Shown: positions 47,584-58,204 of the stretch, one piece after another
Numbering within the stretch: position 1 is the first letter of the stretch
How the letters are laid out: each line of letters opens with the position of its first letter
From: an uncultured Bacilli bacterium
GTDB taxonomy: Bacteria; Bacillota_I; Bacilli_A; RF39; UBA660
Direction of reading: 5' to 3'
Assembly: GCA_947588765.1 (NCBI GenBank)
Contig: CANPZG010000003.1
Coordinates: forward strand, 2,032-66,031
Length of the DNA: 64,000 bases
Made by a program: the position numbers and the translations under genes
The notes under the pieces: generated by a model
What the model saw: the letters and a program-made list of their open reading frames with translations, nothing else
Told to the model about the DNA's origin: nothing
Database searches by the model: none

Positions 47584-48264
47584 TTAATTTATTGTTCTCT
47601 TACGTGGTTCATAATACAAAGTATCTTTGGTTGCTTTATGAAAATGTAAATCCAGTTTACTCTTATCAGCATTAAAGAATTCTAATGTATGTTTAACATC
47701 CGTTACCTTTATAGTATCTACTAACTCTTTGGCAAAAATTTTTTCAAAGCGTTCTTTATAGTAAAGAGTTCCTCTTTGATTTTTATTGTAATCCGCGAGA
47801 ATAATTAATTTATCAAGTTCTTTTAGCATTTGATTTCTTTCCTGAGTATTATCAGTTACTAAATTATTTATTTTTTCATTTTTATAAGCAATTAATTTTT
47901 CATAATCAACTTTTTCTTCAAACTTAGCATATAATAGACTTTGAATATTACCATTTAAAATGTTATCAATGATAGTCACCAATTTAGGATATTCATAAAA
48001 ATCATAACTATAACGATGTGCATTAGGTAAATGAATATTTTTCCGATAAACATCCACTTCTTCTAATTCAACAACATTACGATTTTCCCCATTAACAAAA
48101 TAATATTCTAAAGGAGAAAAAGTTAATACCGCTGTTTCATGATAAATAGTTGAACATTTTTCAATTAATTCTTTTTTTAATTGAATTAATTCTAATTTAT
48201 CATATGTTATTAAATATTTTTCAAAAACATCACCATTTTGAACTAAAAAATATTGTTGTTCCAT
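47584..48264 (-). CDS. hypothetical protein (226 aa), paralog of the 48272-48955 gene
   Basis: Shared motifs are QNGD..E.YLI.., EL..L..E..EKC, YEKLI and ERFEKI. Confidence 0.7.
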   Translation of the reverse strand: MEQQYFLVQNGDVFEKYLITYDKLELIQLKKELIEKCSTIYHETAVLTFSPLEYYFVNGENRNVVELEEVDVYRKNIHLPNAHRYSYDFYEYPKLVTIIDNILNGNIQSLLYAKFEEKVDYEKLIAYKNEKINNLVTDNTQERNQMLKELDKLIILADYNKNQRGTLYYKERFEKIFAKELVDTIKVTDVKHTLEFFNADKSKLDLHFHKATKDTLYYEPRKRTIN

Positions 48265-48271
48265 ATCCCAC

Positions 48272-48955
48272 CTATTTATTATCTTTAGGTTTATATACTA
48301 AAGTTTTACCTTCATAATCAAAACCTAAATCTTTTATATCTAAATTGCAAAAACTTATACAATCTTTAAAATCAGATAATTTAATTTTACTTATTAACTT
48401 TAGCTTAACAATTTTTTCAAATCTTTCTTGAAAGGCTATAGTACCTAATTGATTTTCGGAAGCTTTAGCTTCTTCTACCCAAGTTTGTAAAACTTCTAAA
48501 GCTTTTATTTTTTCTTTCGTATTCATATTATCAATCTTATCAACTTCCATATAAGCATCATTAATTAGTTTTTCATAATTAGGTTTTTCATTAAATTTAA
48601 TTAAACCAAAGATGCGCTTATCTCCATTTAATAAATCATCAATTAAAACTACTTCTTCCGGATATAAATGTAATGTGTAACTATATTTATAATAAGTCAC
48701 ATCTGGTGCTGTTCCTTTGGAATCAACTTTGGAAACTCCTAAATTCCAAACTTTAGAAAAACTCCTATCATCAAATTCCATTGTTTGAGGATTTTTAGAA
48801 AATTCACCAATTTGATTAGGGATTATTCGGCAACATTTTTCTCTCATTTCATCTCTTAGTTTTCTTAATTCACTTTCCGCAAAAGAAATCAAATACTCTT
48901 CTAAAAAATCTCCGTTTTGTTTATAATAATACATTACTTTCATTTCTTTTTTCAT
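48272..48955 (-). CDS. hypothetical protein (227 aa), paralog of the 47584-48264 gene
   Basis: See its partner. The two genes are tandem with a 7-nt gap. Confidence 0.7.
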   Translation of the reverse strand: MKKEMKVMYYYKQNGDFLEEYLISFAESELRKLRDEMREKCCRIIPNQIGEFSKNPQTMEFDDRSFSKVWNLGVSKVDSKGTAPDVTYYKYSYTLHLYPEEVVLIDDLLNGDKRIFGLIKFNEKPNYEKLINDAYMEVDKIDNMNTKEKIKALEVLQTWVEEAKASENQLGTIAFQERFEKIVKLKLISKIKLSDFKDCISFCNLDIKDLGFDYEGKTLVYKPKDNK

Positions 48956-48979
48956 TTAAATCCTCCTTTGTATTATATA

Positions 48980-49498
48980 TTAATTGTAATATTCTCCTTT
49001 TACTAATAGTTTCTTTTTAGCTAGTCTCCTAGCAATAAATTTTTCAAAAAAACGATTTATTCTGGTGGGAACAGTTTCAAAAGGAGCAAGCTTATTAACT
49101 AAAATTGAGGTAAAGCCCATGCGATTAGCTCCTAGAATATCCGTAAGTAATTGATCTCCCACACAAGCAATTTCATCTTCTTTAAAATGATATAAACTCA
49201 TTATCTTTTTATATTTAGTTTTCATGGGTTTACGACTACTATAAGCGACATCTAAATTAAGTTGTTCTTTAAATGGTCGTAATCTATTTTTACCACTATT
49301 AGAAATAATTATAATTTTGAATTCATTACTAATAATTGAAAATAAATCTTTTATTTTAGGTGTTGGTTCCATTGTTTTATAAGGAACTAAAGTATTATCT
49401 AAATCAAATAATAAGCATTTAATTCCATTTTTCTTTAATTTTTTATAATTTATTGTATAAATACTTTGTGCATATATATCCGGTATAAATAAATCCAT
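48980..49498 (-). CDS. yqeG: YqeG-family HAD-IIIA phosphatase
   Basis: HAD motifs LLFDLDNTL, ISNS and VGDQLLTD, with a length of 172 aa. Confidence 0.8.
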   Translation of the reverse strand: MDLFIPDIYAQSIYTINYKKLKKNGIKCLLFDLDNTLVPYKTMEPTPKIKDLFSIISNEFKIIIISNSGKNRLRPFKEQLNLDVAYSSRKPMKTKYKKIMSLYHFKEDEIACVGDQLLTDILGANRMGFTSILVNKLAPFETVPTRINRFFEKFIARRLAKKKLLVKGEYYN

Positions 49499-49528
49499 TA
49501 GTCTAACCTCCTAAAATATTATAGCATA

Positions 49529-50500
49529 CTAATTATTATTTTGCTTATTTTTAGATATTACTTTTTCTAAAAATATTCTTTTATCAAAGCCACCATTTTT
49601 CGTTCTTTTTAAAGTAGCAACCTCTTCAATTTCTGACATGGTTAAGTCTTTGGCTTTTATCATGGCGAGTAACACCTCATATAAATCCGCAAGTTCTTTT
49701 TTAGCTTCATCACGTGTTTCTGCTTCTTCAACTTCCCTTAGTTCTTCTGTAACTTTCGTACATAAATAATGCCAATATTCTTCTTCGTTTAATGTTCTTA
49801 CTATAGGTTCTTCTCCATTATTTTTAATAATATCTGGAATATTATTTCTTACTAACTTATGGTATTTTCCAGCATTCTCATTTGTAGGAATAGATAATCT
49901 TATATATTCGGAAACATCTAAGACATCATTTATTCTTAATCTAACATCATTTAAATTAACATTATATAAATTAGCTATTTGTTCTATTAACTCATAATTA
50001 GGAATATTAGTTCCTACTAAAAAGCTCAATATGGATTTATAAGGTAATTGATAAGCCCGAAGCAAATAATCTTTTTCGATTTTCATCTTAAAATTTTTAT
50101 TTATATCTTCAATTGATTTCATATTTTTACTTAACCAATTTTCCAAATATAGTTTTCTTTCTTTGGTTAAATGTTCTTCTTCGGTATAAATTAATGGTTT
50201 AACTCTTCTAACATCTTGGATTCTTTTTATGACATCTTCTTTAGTTACGTCATATTTTTTAGCTAAATCACTAATTAATTTTATCTCATCGGGTTTTACT
50301 TTAGATGCATCATAATCATTTATAACCTTTAACATTTCTTTTAAAGGCATATTAAAGGAACGAATTAAATATTCACTTTCGTCAGTTTTAAAATTTTTAT
50401 GAGCATAATCAGTAAAACTTTTTCTTGTATGTAACGCTCCATACTTATCGACATGTTTTTCTAAAACTAACATATCATTAACTAAAATTTTATTTTTCAT
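49529..50500 (-). CDS. protein with a duplicated N-terminal module and a C-terminal MazG-like all-alpha NTP pyrophosphohydrolase domain
   Basis: The C-terminus reads KLVRNNIPDII...EEY...L..KVTEELREV.......ELADLYEVLLA...K..KNGGFDKRIFL. The N-terminus has two about 55-aa repeats (YLIRSFNMPLKEML.. and YLLRAYQLPYKSIL..). Confidence 0.6.
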   Translation of the reverse strand: MKNKILVNDMLVLEKHVDKYGALHTRKSFTDYAHKNFKTDESEYLIRSFNMPLKEMLKVINDYDASKVKPDEIKLISDLAKKYDVTKEDVIKRIQDVRRVKPLIYTEEEHLTKERKLYLENWLSKNMKSIEDINKNFKMKIEKDYLLRAYQLPYKSILSFLVGTNIPNYELIEQIANLYNVNLNDVRLRINDVLDVSEYIRLSIPTNENAGKYHKLVRNNIPDIIKNNGEEPIVRTLNEEEYWHYLCTKVTEELREVEEAETRDEAKKELADLYEVLLAMIKAKDLTMSEIEEVATLKRTKNGGFDKRIFLEKVISKNKQNNN

Positions 50501-50510
50501 AAATCCTCCT

Positions 50511-53500
50511 TTAGAACAAACTCATTTGTGCACTTTCCGGCATTCCTTCAAAAATACCTAGTTCTCTTAATTTATCTAGAGTTGTCTTATTAACTTTCCC
50601 CCGTTCAGCAAAGTCTTCAACACAATAGAAATCTTTCTTGGATCTTTCTTCCACTATTTTATTAGCAACACTTTCACCTAGACCATCAACAGCCATGAAT
50701 GGAATTATCAACTCTTTATTTTCTTCATCAATATAGAAAGTCTTGGCTAAAGATTTTTCAATATCAATGTTTTTAAATTTATAGCCCCGAGCTAACATTT
50801 CTAAAGCTACAGCTAGAGTATCAGCAACAGCTGTTTCTTTAGCCGTGGCTGTATTACCTTTTTCTTTTATTTCAATTAATCTTCTTTTAATGCCATCATA
50901 TCCTTTTAGCATAGCTTCAATATCGAAATCACTTCTTCTAATACTAAAAAAGGCTGAATAATAATATAATGGATAATAGACTTTAAACCAAGCAACTCTA
51001 AAGGCCATCATTACATAAGCACAAGCATGAGCCTTAGGGAACATGTATTCTATTCTCCGGCAACACTCAATAAACCATTCTGGTACATTATATTCCCGCA
51101 TCACACTTACATGTTCTAACCAAGCATCAGGTTCTTTTTTAGGTTTTCCCTTACGAACGAATTCACTTATTTTGAAGGCTTTAGATGAATCAATACCATA
51201 ATTGATTAGACTTGTCATAATATCGTCCCGACAACCAACAACTTCATCGAAAGATGCAATTTTGTTAACAATTATATCCCGCACATTACCAGCCCAGACA
51301 TTAGTACCATGAGAAAGCCCAGCAATCTTAACTAAATCAGCAAATTCTTTAGGTTTAATTTCTAAAAGCATATTGATGGTAAAATTAGTACCAAATTCGG
51401 GAATTCCTAAAGTACCAGTTTTACATAAAATTTCATCTGGAGTAACTCCTAAAGCTTCAGGAGAATTAAATAAACTTAAAACTTTTTCATCATCAAAAGG
51501 AATATCCAAAATATTTACTTTCGTGGTATCACCAAGATAACGAAGCATGGTTGGATCATCGTGACCGAGAATATCTAGTTTTAAGACATTATCATGAATG
51601 GCATGGAAATCAAAATGCGTTGTATACCAAGTACTATCTGGTTCATCCGCTGGATATTGATATGGGGTAAAATCAAAGACATCCATATATTGAGGAATAA
51701 CGATTATACCACCAGGGTGTTGGCCAGTTGTTCTTTTTACTCCGGTACATCCTTTCGCAATTCGATCAGCTTCAATTCTATTTATGATAATATTATTATC
51801 TTCAAAATAACCTAAGACAAAACCAATCGCGGTTTTTTCGGCAACAGTCGAAATCGTTCCAGCACGATAAGCATGGTCTTCTCCAAACAATACTTTAACA
51901 TGGTTATGCGCATCAGCTTGATTATCTCCTGAGAAGTTTAAATCAATATCAGGAACTTTTTCGGCTTTAAATCCTAAGAAAGTAGCAAAAGGCATATCTT
52001 GACCTTCTTTTTTCATTTTGGTACCACATTCACAGATATGATCTGGCATATCATAACCACTATGATATTTACTAGCTAAAGTAACTCCATCTATTTCAAA
52101 TAAAGATTTTTTACATTTAGGACATACATAATGAGGTGGAAGCCCATTAACTTCAGTTATTCCCATCATCGTAGCAACCAAAGACGAACCAACTGAACCA
52201 CGGGAACCAACAAAATAACCATCCGCATTACTCTTTTTAACTAACTTTTCGGCAATTAAATAAATTACATCGAAACCATTGGTAATAATCCCATTTAGTT
52301 CGGTATCCAATCGATCTTGAATAATACTAGGTAGCTCTTCCCCATATATTTCATGAGCTCTTTTGAAAACCATTTCGCGACAAATTTCTGCGGAGTTTTC
52401 TAACACTGGCGTATATAATTTATCTTTAATAATTTGTAACTCTTCAACCATATCCGCAATTTTATTTGGATTATCAATTACTATCTCTTTCCGTGTTTTT
52501 TCATCTAAGAATGAAAATGCATCTAACATTTCTTTTGTAGTTAAAAACCACATATTAGGTATTTCAATACCAGGTCTATTTAAAGGATGAAGTTTACCAT
52601 TACTCTTTTGATGGACAATAACTTTTCGATAAATTAAATCATCAGGATATAAATTATGAACATCTCCGGTAGCACAAACCATTTTACCTTTATCTTTTGC
52701 CACTTTAATTAATCTTTTTAAATAACCTTGATATTCATATTCGGTATGGAAAGTAGAATTCATATTTATAATATGACTACAACTAGAAGCTGGATTAACT
52801 TCAATATAATCATAGAAATCCATCATATCGCCTAGCTCTTCATCAGTTAAATTTACTCCCTTTTCAAATACTTCCCCATTAATACATCCACTACCAATAA
52901 GTAAACCTTCCCTTAGATTTAAAATATCTCTTCGTGGTATTTTAGGTTCTTTTCCTTTATATAAATATCTTGTATTAGCTAAAGATACTATTTTAAATAA
53001 ATTTTTTAAACCTACACTATTTTTAGCTATAATTGTTAAATGAAAAGGTACGGCAAATTTAATAGCTGTTTCTTCATCAATTAATTTTTCTAAATCTAAA
53101 GTTGTATTATATTCCCCCTTTATTTCCATAAACATTTTGTATAAACATTTGGCCGTTCCTTCACAGTCATAATCAGCACGATGGTGTTTATCTTCGTCCC
53201 ATTCAACTTCTAAATTTCGAACTAAAGTTGATAATTTATGATTGCGCCATTCAGGATGTAAGTTTCTCGCTAAACCCATAGTATCTAAAACTGTATATTT
53301 AAATTCTCCCAAATTATATTTTTCCATGGCATGAGAGACAAAGCCAATATCAAAAGTGGCATTATGGGCTACTAAAGGTAAATCACCACAGAACTCTAAA
53401 AATCTTTTCGTTACATTTTCTTCACTATCTTTACCTACTAACATTTCATCTGTTATTTGCGTTAAGTCAGTTATAACTTTAGGTAAAGGTCTAGGACACG

Positions 53501-54830
53501 CTATTAATTCATCAAAACGGTCAATGATTTCATTGTTTTTAATTTTAACAGCCCCAATTTCAATCATTTGATCAACACCATAATTTAAACCAGTTGTTTC
53601 GGTATCAAAAACAACATATTCTTGGTCAAACAAAGGATATTCTTTATTATTAAATACTATTAAAGAATCAATATCGACAACATTTAATTCCAAACCATAT
53701 AAAGCTTTAAATTTATTATTTTCATCTCGTGATTTATTTATAGCTTTAACCGTATTATATATTTCAGGATAAGCTTGTAAAACATTATGGTCCGTAATAG
53801 CTACAGCTTTATGACCAAGACTTGCCGCCAAATTAACTAAATCAGCCGGTCTAACTACTCCATCCATCATACTCATCATCGTATGCGCATGTAATTCAAC
53901 TCTTTTTTCTTCTTCCTCATCCACTAACTTTATTCCTTTAGAAGGGATTATTTCAATATCTCGAGCATTTAAAATCATTGATTTTAAGTAATCATCTCGA
54001 GCTACACTGCCATGAACTCTAATCCAAGCACCTTTATCTTGTTTACCTTGCATCCCTTTAAATTCTTTAACAACCTTCTTAAATTTATCTTCATCTTTAG
54101 TGAATAATTTTAATAAATAACTATCCGTTTTATCACTAATTTTAGCCATAATAATATAAAACGGACCATTTTTACCCATCTTTTCTTGACCATCATAATC
54201 AAAAACATAAGCTTCAACAATAATATTTCGAGTTTCCCCTAAAATATTATTAATTGGTGTAATCTCCCCATCAACATGTTTACCAATTAGATATGGACTA
54301 GGTTTAACCTCTTCAACCTTTTCTTTACCTTCAGCAATTTCGGCTTTTACCTCATTTCTTATTTCTTCATTTACTTCAACTTTTATCTGTAAATCATTTA
54401 AGCCAAAATCTTGTAACTTTTGTTCTAAAGTATTCTTTTCTTTAGTAAATTCTTCTTTTTCGGTAATACTACCTACCCCAATAGTTATATCTTTATCATT
54501 TATTTCTATCTTGCTATTTTTTAAATTAACTAAAGATGGACGATCTATAATAATACTATCTAATAAATAATCGAGATAAGATTTTATATCATCTTCGGTG
54601 AATGATTTAAATACTAAATGAACACGACATTTTTTCGAACTATTTATTCCATTTTCCGCACACAAAAATAATCTGTTTACTTCTTCAATGGGTACACAAT
54701 TAGGATTTTCTAAATAAACATCAAAACTTTCATCTTTCCGATTTAAAATAACTTTGGTTACTGTCGTATCTTTAAAAGCATCACTTTCGCAATTAATACT
54801 TGCTAAAAAACGTTTCATTTCATCGTTCAT
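50511..54830 (-). CDS. polC: DNA polymerase III PolC-type alpha subunit
   Basis: About 1440 aa, with a PHP domain (ELHAHTMMSMMDG), an inserted DEDDh exonuclease (VVFDTETTGL ... HRADYD) and a polymerase core. The start is the ATG at 54842 or the ATG at 54830 (after GGTGA). Confidence 0.95.
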   Translation of the reverse strand: MNDEMKRFLASINCESDAFKDTTVTKVILNRKDESFDVYLENPNCVPIEEVNRLFLCAENGINSSKKCRVHLVFKSFTEDDIKSYLDYLLDSIIIDRPSLVNLKNSKIEINDKDITIGVGSITEKEEFTKEKNTLEQKLQDFGLNDLQIKVEVNEEIRNEVKAEIAEGKEKVEEVKPSPYLIGKHVDGEITPINNILGETRNIIVEAYVFDYDGQEKMGKNGPFYIIMAKISDKTDSYLLKLFTKDEDKFKKVVKEFKGMQGKQDKGAWIRVHGSVARDDYLKSMILNARDIEIIPSKGIKLVDEEEEKRVELHAHTMMSMMDGVVRPADLVNLAASLGHKAVAITDHNVLQAYPEIYNTVKAINKSRDENNKFKALYGLELNVVDIDSLIVFNNKEYPLFDQEYVVFDTETTGLNYGVDQMIEIGAVKIKNNEIIDRFDELIACPRPLPKVITDLTQITDEMLVGKDSEENVTKRFLEFCGDLPLVAHNATFDIGFVSHAMEKYNLGEFKYTVLDTMGLARNLHPEWRNHKLSTLVRNLEVEWDEDKHHRADYDCEGTAKCLYKMFMEIKGEYNTTLDLEKLIDEETAIKFAVPFHLTIIAKNSVGLKNLFKIVSLANTRYLYKGKEPKIPRRDILNLREGLLIGSGCINGEVFEKGVNLTDEELGDMMDFYDYIEVNPASSCSHIINMNSTFHTEYEYQGYLKRLIKVAKDKGKMVCATGDVHNLYPDDLIYRKVIVHQKSNGKLHPLNRPGIEIPNMWFLTTKEMLDAFSFLDEKTRKEIVIDNPNKIADMVEELQIIKDKLYTPVLENSAEICREMVFKRAHEIYGEELPSIIQDRLDTELNGIITNGFDVIYLIAEKLVKKSNADGYFVGSRGSVGSSLVATMMGITEVNGLPPHYVCPKCKKSLFEIDGVTLASKYHSGYDMPDHICECGTKMKKEGQDMPFATFLGFKAEKVPDIDLNFSGDNQADAHNHVKVLFGEDHAYRAGTISTVAEKTAIGFVLGYFEDNNIIINRIEADRIAKGCTGVKRTTGQHPGGIIVIPQYMDVFDFTPYQYPADEPDSTWYTTHFDFHAIHDNVLKLDILGHDDPTMLRYLGDTTKVNILDIPFDDEKVLSLFNSPEALGVTPDEILCKTGTLGIPEFGTNFTINMLLEIKPKEFADLVKIAGLSHGTNVWAGNVRDIIVNKIASFDEVVGCRDDIMTSLINYGIDSSKAFKISEFVRKGKPKKEPDAWLEHVSVMREYNVPEWFIECCRRIEYMFPKAHACAYVMMAFRVAWFKVYYPLYYYSAFFSIRRSDFDIEAMLKGYDGIKRRLIEIKEKGNTATAKETAVADTLAVALEMLARGYKFKNIDIEKSLAKTFYIDEENKELIIPFMAVDGLGESVANKIVEERSKKDFYCVEDFAERGKVNKTTLDKLRELGIFEGMPESAQMSLF

Positions 54831-57660
54831 TATCTTCACCATCTTTCTTGATATTATTAACTATTATTTGTAATTTGTCAAATCTTTTTGAGACTTGCCC
54901 TAATACAATAATAACATCTTCTTTTTTTAAATCCTTTATTAAGGGATAATTTGGAGCAAACACGGTTAAAGAAACTTTACCAGTTTCATCAACCGCATCA
55001 ATAAAAGCCATATTTTCTCCTTGTTTTGTTTTTAAACTTTTAATATGTTTAACTAATAAAGCCATTTTTATCCTTTTAAATTCATATTTTTTGATATCTA
55101 CAGCTTTCACAAAACCATTTTGATAAATACTCGTGGGATGATTTAAAGCATAAAAACCAAAACATTCCATTTCTTCTTTATTTTTTAGTGTCCCAGTATC
55201 ATCAAGATATTCTTTAATTGTTGGGGCATTAGTTAAATCATCCATCGCAATATCACAATAATTTAAAGCATTTTCCATATTATTTAATAATGTCGGATGA
55301 TTTAAACCTAAAAAGTCTAAAGCTCCCGCTTTAATTAAAACTTTAATTTGGTCTTCATTTAATAAATCTTTAGTTTTAATAAAGAAATCAAAATAATTAT
55401 TTAAATTATTGGGAATAACTTCATTTATTTTACTGGCTAATTCTCTTGAGATACCTTTAATAACTCTTAAAGGCATAGATAAAACCTTATTTTCAATAAC
55501 AAAATCTAAATTTTTATTTAATAAACTAGGTTTATTTATCTTGATACCTTTTTTCTTAAATTCAATTAATAAATCCCCTATATTATCTTTCGTACCAGCA
55601 TTTATTCTTTCTAACATAAAGTATTCATAATAATAAGTTTTTAAGTAAGCCATTTGGTACGCTAAAAGAGCATACGCAACACTATGGGATTTATTAAATC
55701 CATAATTAGCAAATAAAGATATATCATCATATATTTTTGTAGCGGTAGCCTCATCATAACCATTTTCCTTAGATGAAACTAAAAACTTCTTTTTTTCCTC
55801 TACAATAATACTTTCTTTTTTCTTCGAAATTGCTCTTCTAATTAAATCTGCTTCATGTAAAGAATAACCCCCAATTTTAGTTAAAATAGCCATAATTTGT
55901 TCTTGATATAAAATAATACCATAAGTTTCTTTTAATATTGGCTCTAAACTAGGATGTAAATAAGTTATCTTTTCTTTACCTTTTTTTCTTGCTACATATA
56001 AATCTAAATAGTTTTTAGCTCCAGGTCGAGCCAAAGCTAAAACCGCAATTAAATCATTAAAGGAATCAATTTTAAATTTTTGTAATACTTGCCTCATCGC
56101 CATTGTTTCAAATTGGAATATTCCATCAACATCAATATTATTAAAAATAGCAAATACATTTTTATCATTTAAATTAATCTTATCTAAATCCAAATTATTA
56201 ATGTGTTTTAAAACTTTGGCAATAAAAGTTAAGTTATCTAAACTTAAAAAATCCATTTTCAATAAGCCTAATTTTTCCACATAATCTAAAGGAATTCTTT
56301 TATCTTCCCCCACTTGATATATAGCACTAATTTCTTTTAAAGGAACGCTTGATATTACAATACCCGCGGCATGCATAGACATATTTTTCTTTAAAGATTC
56401 TAAATGCATGGCTACTTGATATAACTTTTTTATTTCAGGATAGTTACTTATATATTTTCTAACTACTTCATTTTGATAATTTTCTTTTAATTTTTTACTA
56501 GCATCAATTACTCTAATGAACCTATCAAAAACAATAGGATTAGTTTTTAATATCTTTGCCACATCTCTTAGGACTAACTTACTTTTCATTGTCGCATAAG
56601 TTAAGCCATGAGCAACATTATCTACGCCATATTTATTAATAACATAATTAATTACTTCATCTTTTCTTGAGGCATCAAAATCGATATCAATATCAGGCAT
56701 TGATATTCTCGCCGGATTTAAAAATCTTTCAAATAATAAATTATACTTAAGAGGATCAATTGAAGTTATCCCAATTGAATAGCTTACTAAAGAACCAGCG
56801 GCCGAACCCCGACAACCTACTAAAATATTATTTTTCTTTGCATATAAAACATAATCATAAACAATTAGAAAATAATCAACAAAACCCATATCTTTAATTA
56901 CTTTTAATTCATAATTAAGTCTATCTAAATAAGCTTTAGGTACATTACCCTTTAATCTTTTCTTTAATCCTTGATGAGCTAAAGAAAACAAAAATTTTTC
57001 AGAATCTTCCCTATACTTAGGAATATATCTTTTATCTAAAGGTATTTCTACATTTAATTTAGCTATTACTTCCTCTAATTTACCTAAATCAGTGATATTT
57101 TTTTCATAATAATTTAAGTGATAATCCCCTTTTTCTCTTTCACTAATTAAATCTAAAGCATTTAAGTATCTCACATTATTAACATCTAAACACTTAATAT
57201 CATTAACATATAAAACTTTATCTGTTAAAAGTAAACAATTATTTTTTTCATATTCATTACGATAAGCCATATAAGTATCAAAACCACTTAATAATTTATA
57301 ATTATCAATACTTTTAAAAGGCACAATAAATAAAATATTATCTTTTACTTTTTCTAAATCAATAATTGCAATATTTCTTTCTTGTTTAATTATTGATATA
57401 TCAATTAAATCTTGATAACCATGATAATTTTTCGCATATAAATATATTTCTAAATCATTTAAAATAATACTTAACCCAATTATTGGTTTAATATTATTTT
57501 CCTTACATTTAAGATAAAACTCTACTGCTCCATATAAATTATCATCACATATTCCACAAGCTTTAATATTATTTTCCAGTAAAAACAAAATTAAGTCATC
57601 TATCTTAATTAAGCTATTTAATAAAGTATAATCTGTTGTTATCTTAAGTGGTGTATACAT
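54820..57660 (-). CDS. dnaE: DNA polymerase III alpha subunit DnaE
   Basis: Polymerase III alpha core (PDIDIDF, GRGSAAGS-like CRGSAAGSLV, HAAG.VIS, FNKSHSVAYA) and a C-terminal OB fold. Confidence 0.9.
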   Translation of the reverse strand: MYTPLKITTDYTLLNSLIKIDDLILFLLENNIKACGICDDNLYGAVEFYLKCKENNIKPIIGLSIILNDLEIYLYAKNYHGYQDLIDISIIKQERNIAIIDLEKVKDNILFIVPFKSIDNYKLLSGFDTYMAYRNEYEKNNCLLLTDKVLYVNDIKCLDVNNVRYLNALDLISEREKGDYHLNYYEKNITDLGKLEEVIAKLNVEIPLDKRYIPKYREDSEKFLFSLAHQGLKKRLKGNVPKAYLDRLNYELKVIKDMGFVDYFLIVYDYVLYAKKNNILVGCRGSAAGSLVSYSIGITSIDPLKYNLLFERFLNPARISMPDIDIDFDASRKDEVINYVINKYGVDNVAHGLTYATMKSKLVLRDVAKILKTNPIVFDRFIRVIDASKKLKENYQNEVVRKYISNYPEIKKLYQVAMHLESLKKNMSMHAAGIVISSVPLKEISAIYQVGEDKRIPLDYVEKLGLLKMDFLSLDNLTFIAKVLKHINNLDLDKINLNDKNVFAIFNNIDVDGIFQFETMAMRQVLQKFKIDSFNDLIAVLALARPGAKNYLDLYVARKKGKEKITYLHPSLEPILKETYGIILYQEQIMAILTKIGGYSLHEADLIRRAISKKKESIIVEEKKKFLVSSKENGYDEATATKIYDDISLFANYGFNKSHSVAYALLAYQMAYLKTYYYEYFMLERINAGTKDNIGDLLIEFKKKGIKINKPSLLNKNLDFVIENKVLSMPLRVIKGISRELASKINEVIPNNLNNYFDFFIKTKDLLNEDQIKVLIKAGALDFLGLNHPTLLNNMENALNYCDIAMDDLTNAPTIKEYLDDTGTLKNKEEMECFGFYALNHPTSIYQNGFVKAVDIKKYEFKRIKMALLVKHIKSLKTKQGENMAFIDAVDETGKVSLTVFAPNYPLIKDLKKEDVIIVLGQVSKRFDKLQIIVNNIKKDGEDNER

Positions 57661-57731
57661 ACTGTTACCTCTACTAAAATTATAACACTTCTATTATAAT
57701 ATTTCATTAAAAAAAGCATTTTTTCAATGCT

Positions 57732-58091
57732 TTATATCCAATGAGAAACATAAACTATTTTAGTTGTTTCTTCTTCATATTTATCAAATATTTTAATAAT
57801 TGATTTAATCATTTCTTTTAAGATATCCGTTACATCTTTTCTAATTCTAACTTTAACAATTTCTTTTTGGAATTCTTTTCTAAAGACATAATCATCAATA
57901 TATTTTCCTACAACATGGTCTAATTCTTGAACCATTCTTATATCATCAGGATTATTTAAATCAATTCTAAAGATATATTCCCGATATATTTTAATTATTT
58001 TATTTGTAATGTTATCACTTTCCATAGGAACAAAATTAGTTATTTTATAAAAATTTTCACAATAACTTATAACTTGTTTATTATAATTCAT
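57732..58091 (-). CDS. hypothetical protein (119 aa)
   Basis: ORF with a terminator hairpin at about 57700-57735. No motif was recognised. Confidence 0.55.
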   Translation of the reverse strand: MNYNKQVISYCENFYKITNFVPMESDNITNKIIKIYREYIFRIDLNNPDDIRMVQELDHVVGKYIDDYVFRKEFQKEIVKVRIRKDVTDILKEMIKSIIKIFDKYEEETTKIVYVSHWI

Positions 58092-58204
58092 TTACCTCAT
58101 CCTATCTTAATTAAATGATACTATAATTCTTCTTATTTGTAAAGATAAAATTATGAATTGCTTTTTTCTTAAAATAAATATACAATTATAATAGGTGAAG
58201 AGAA

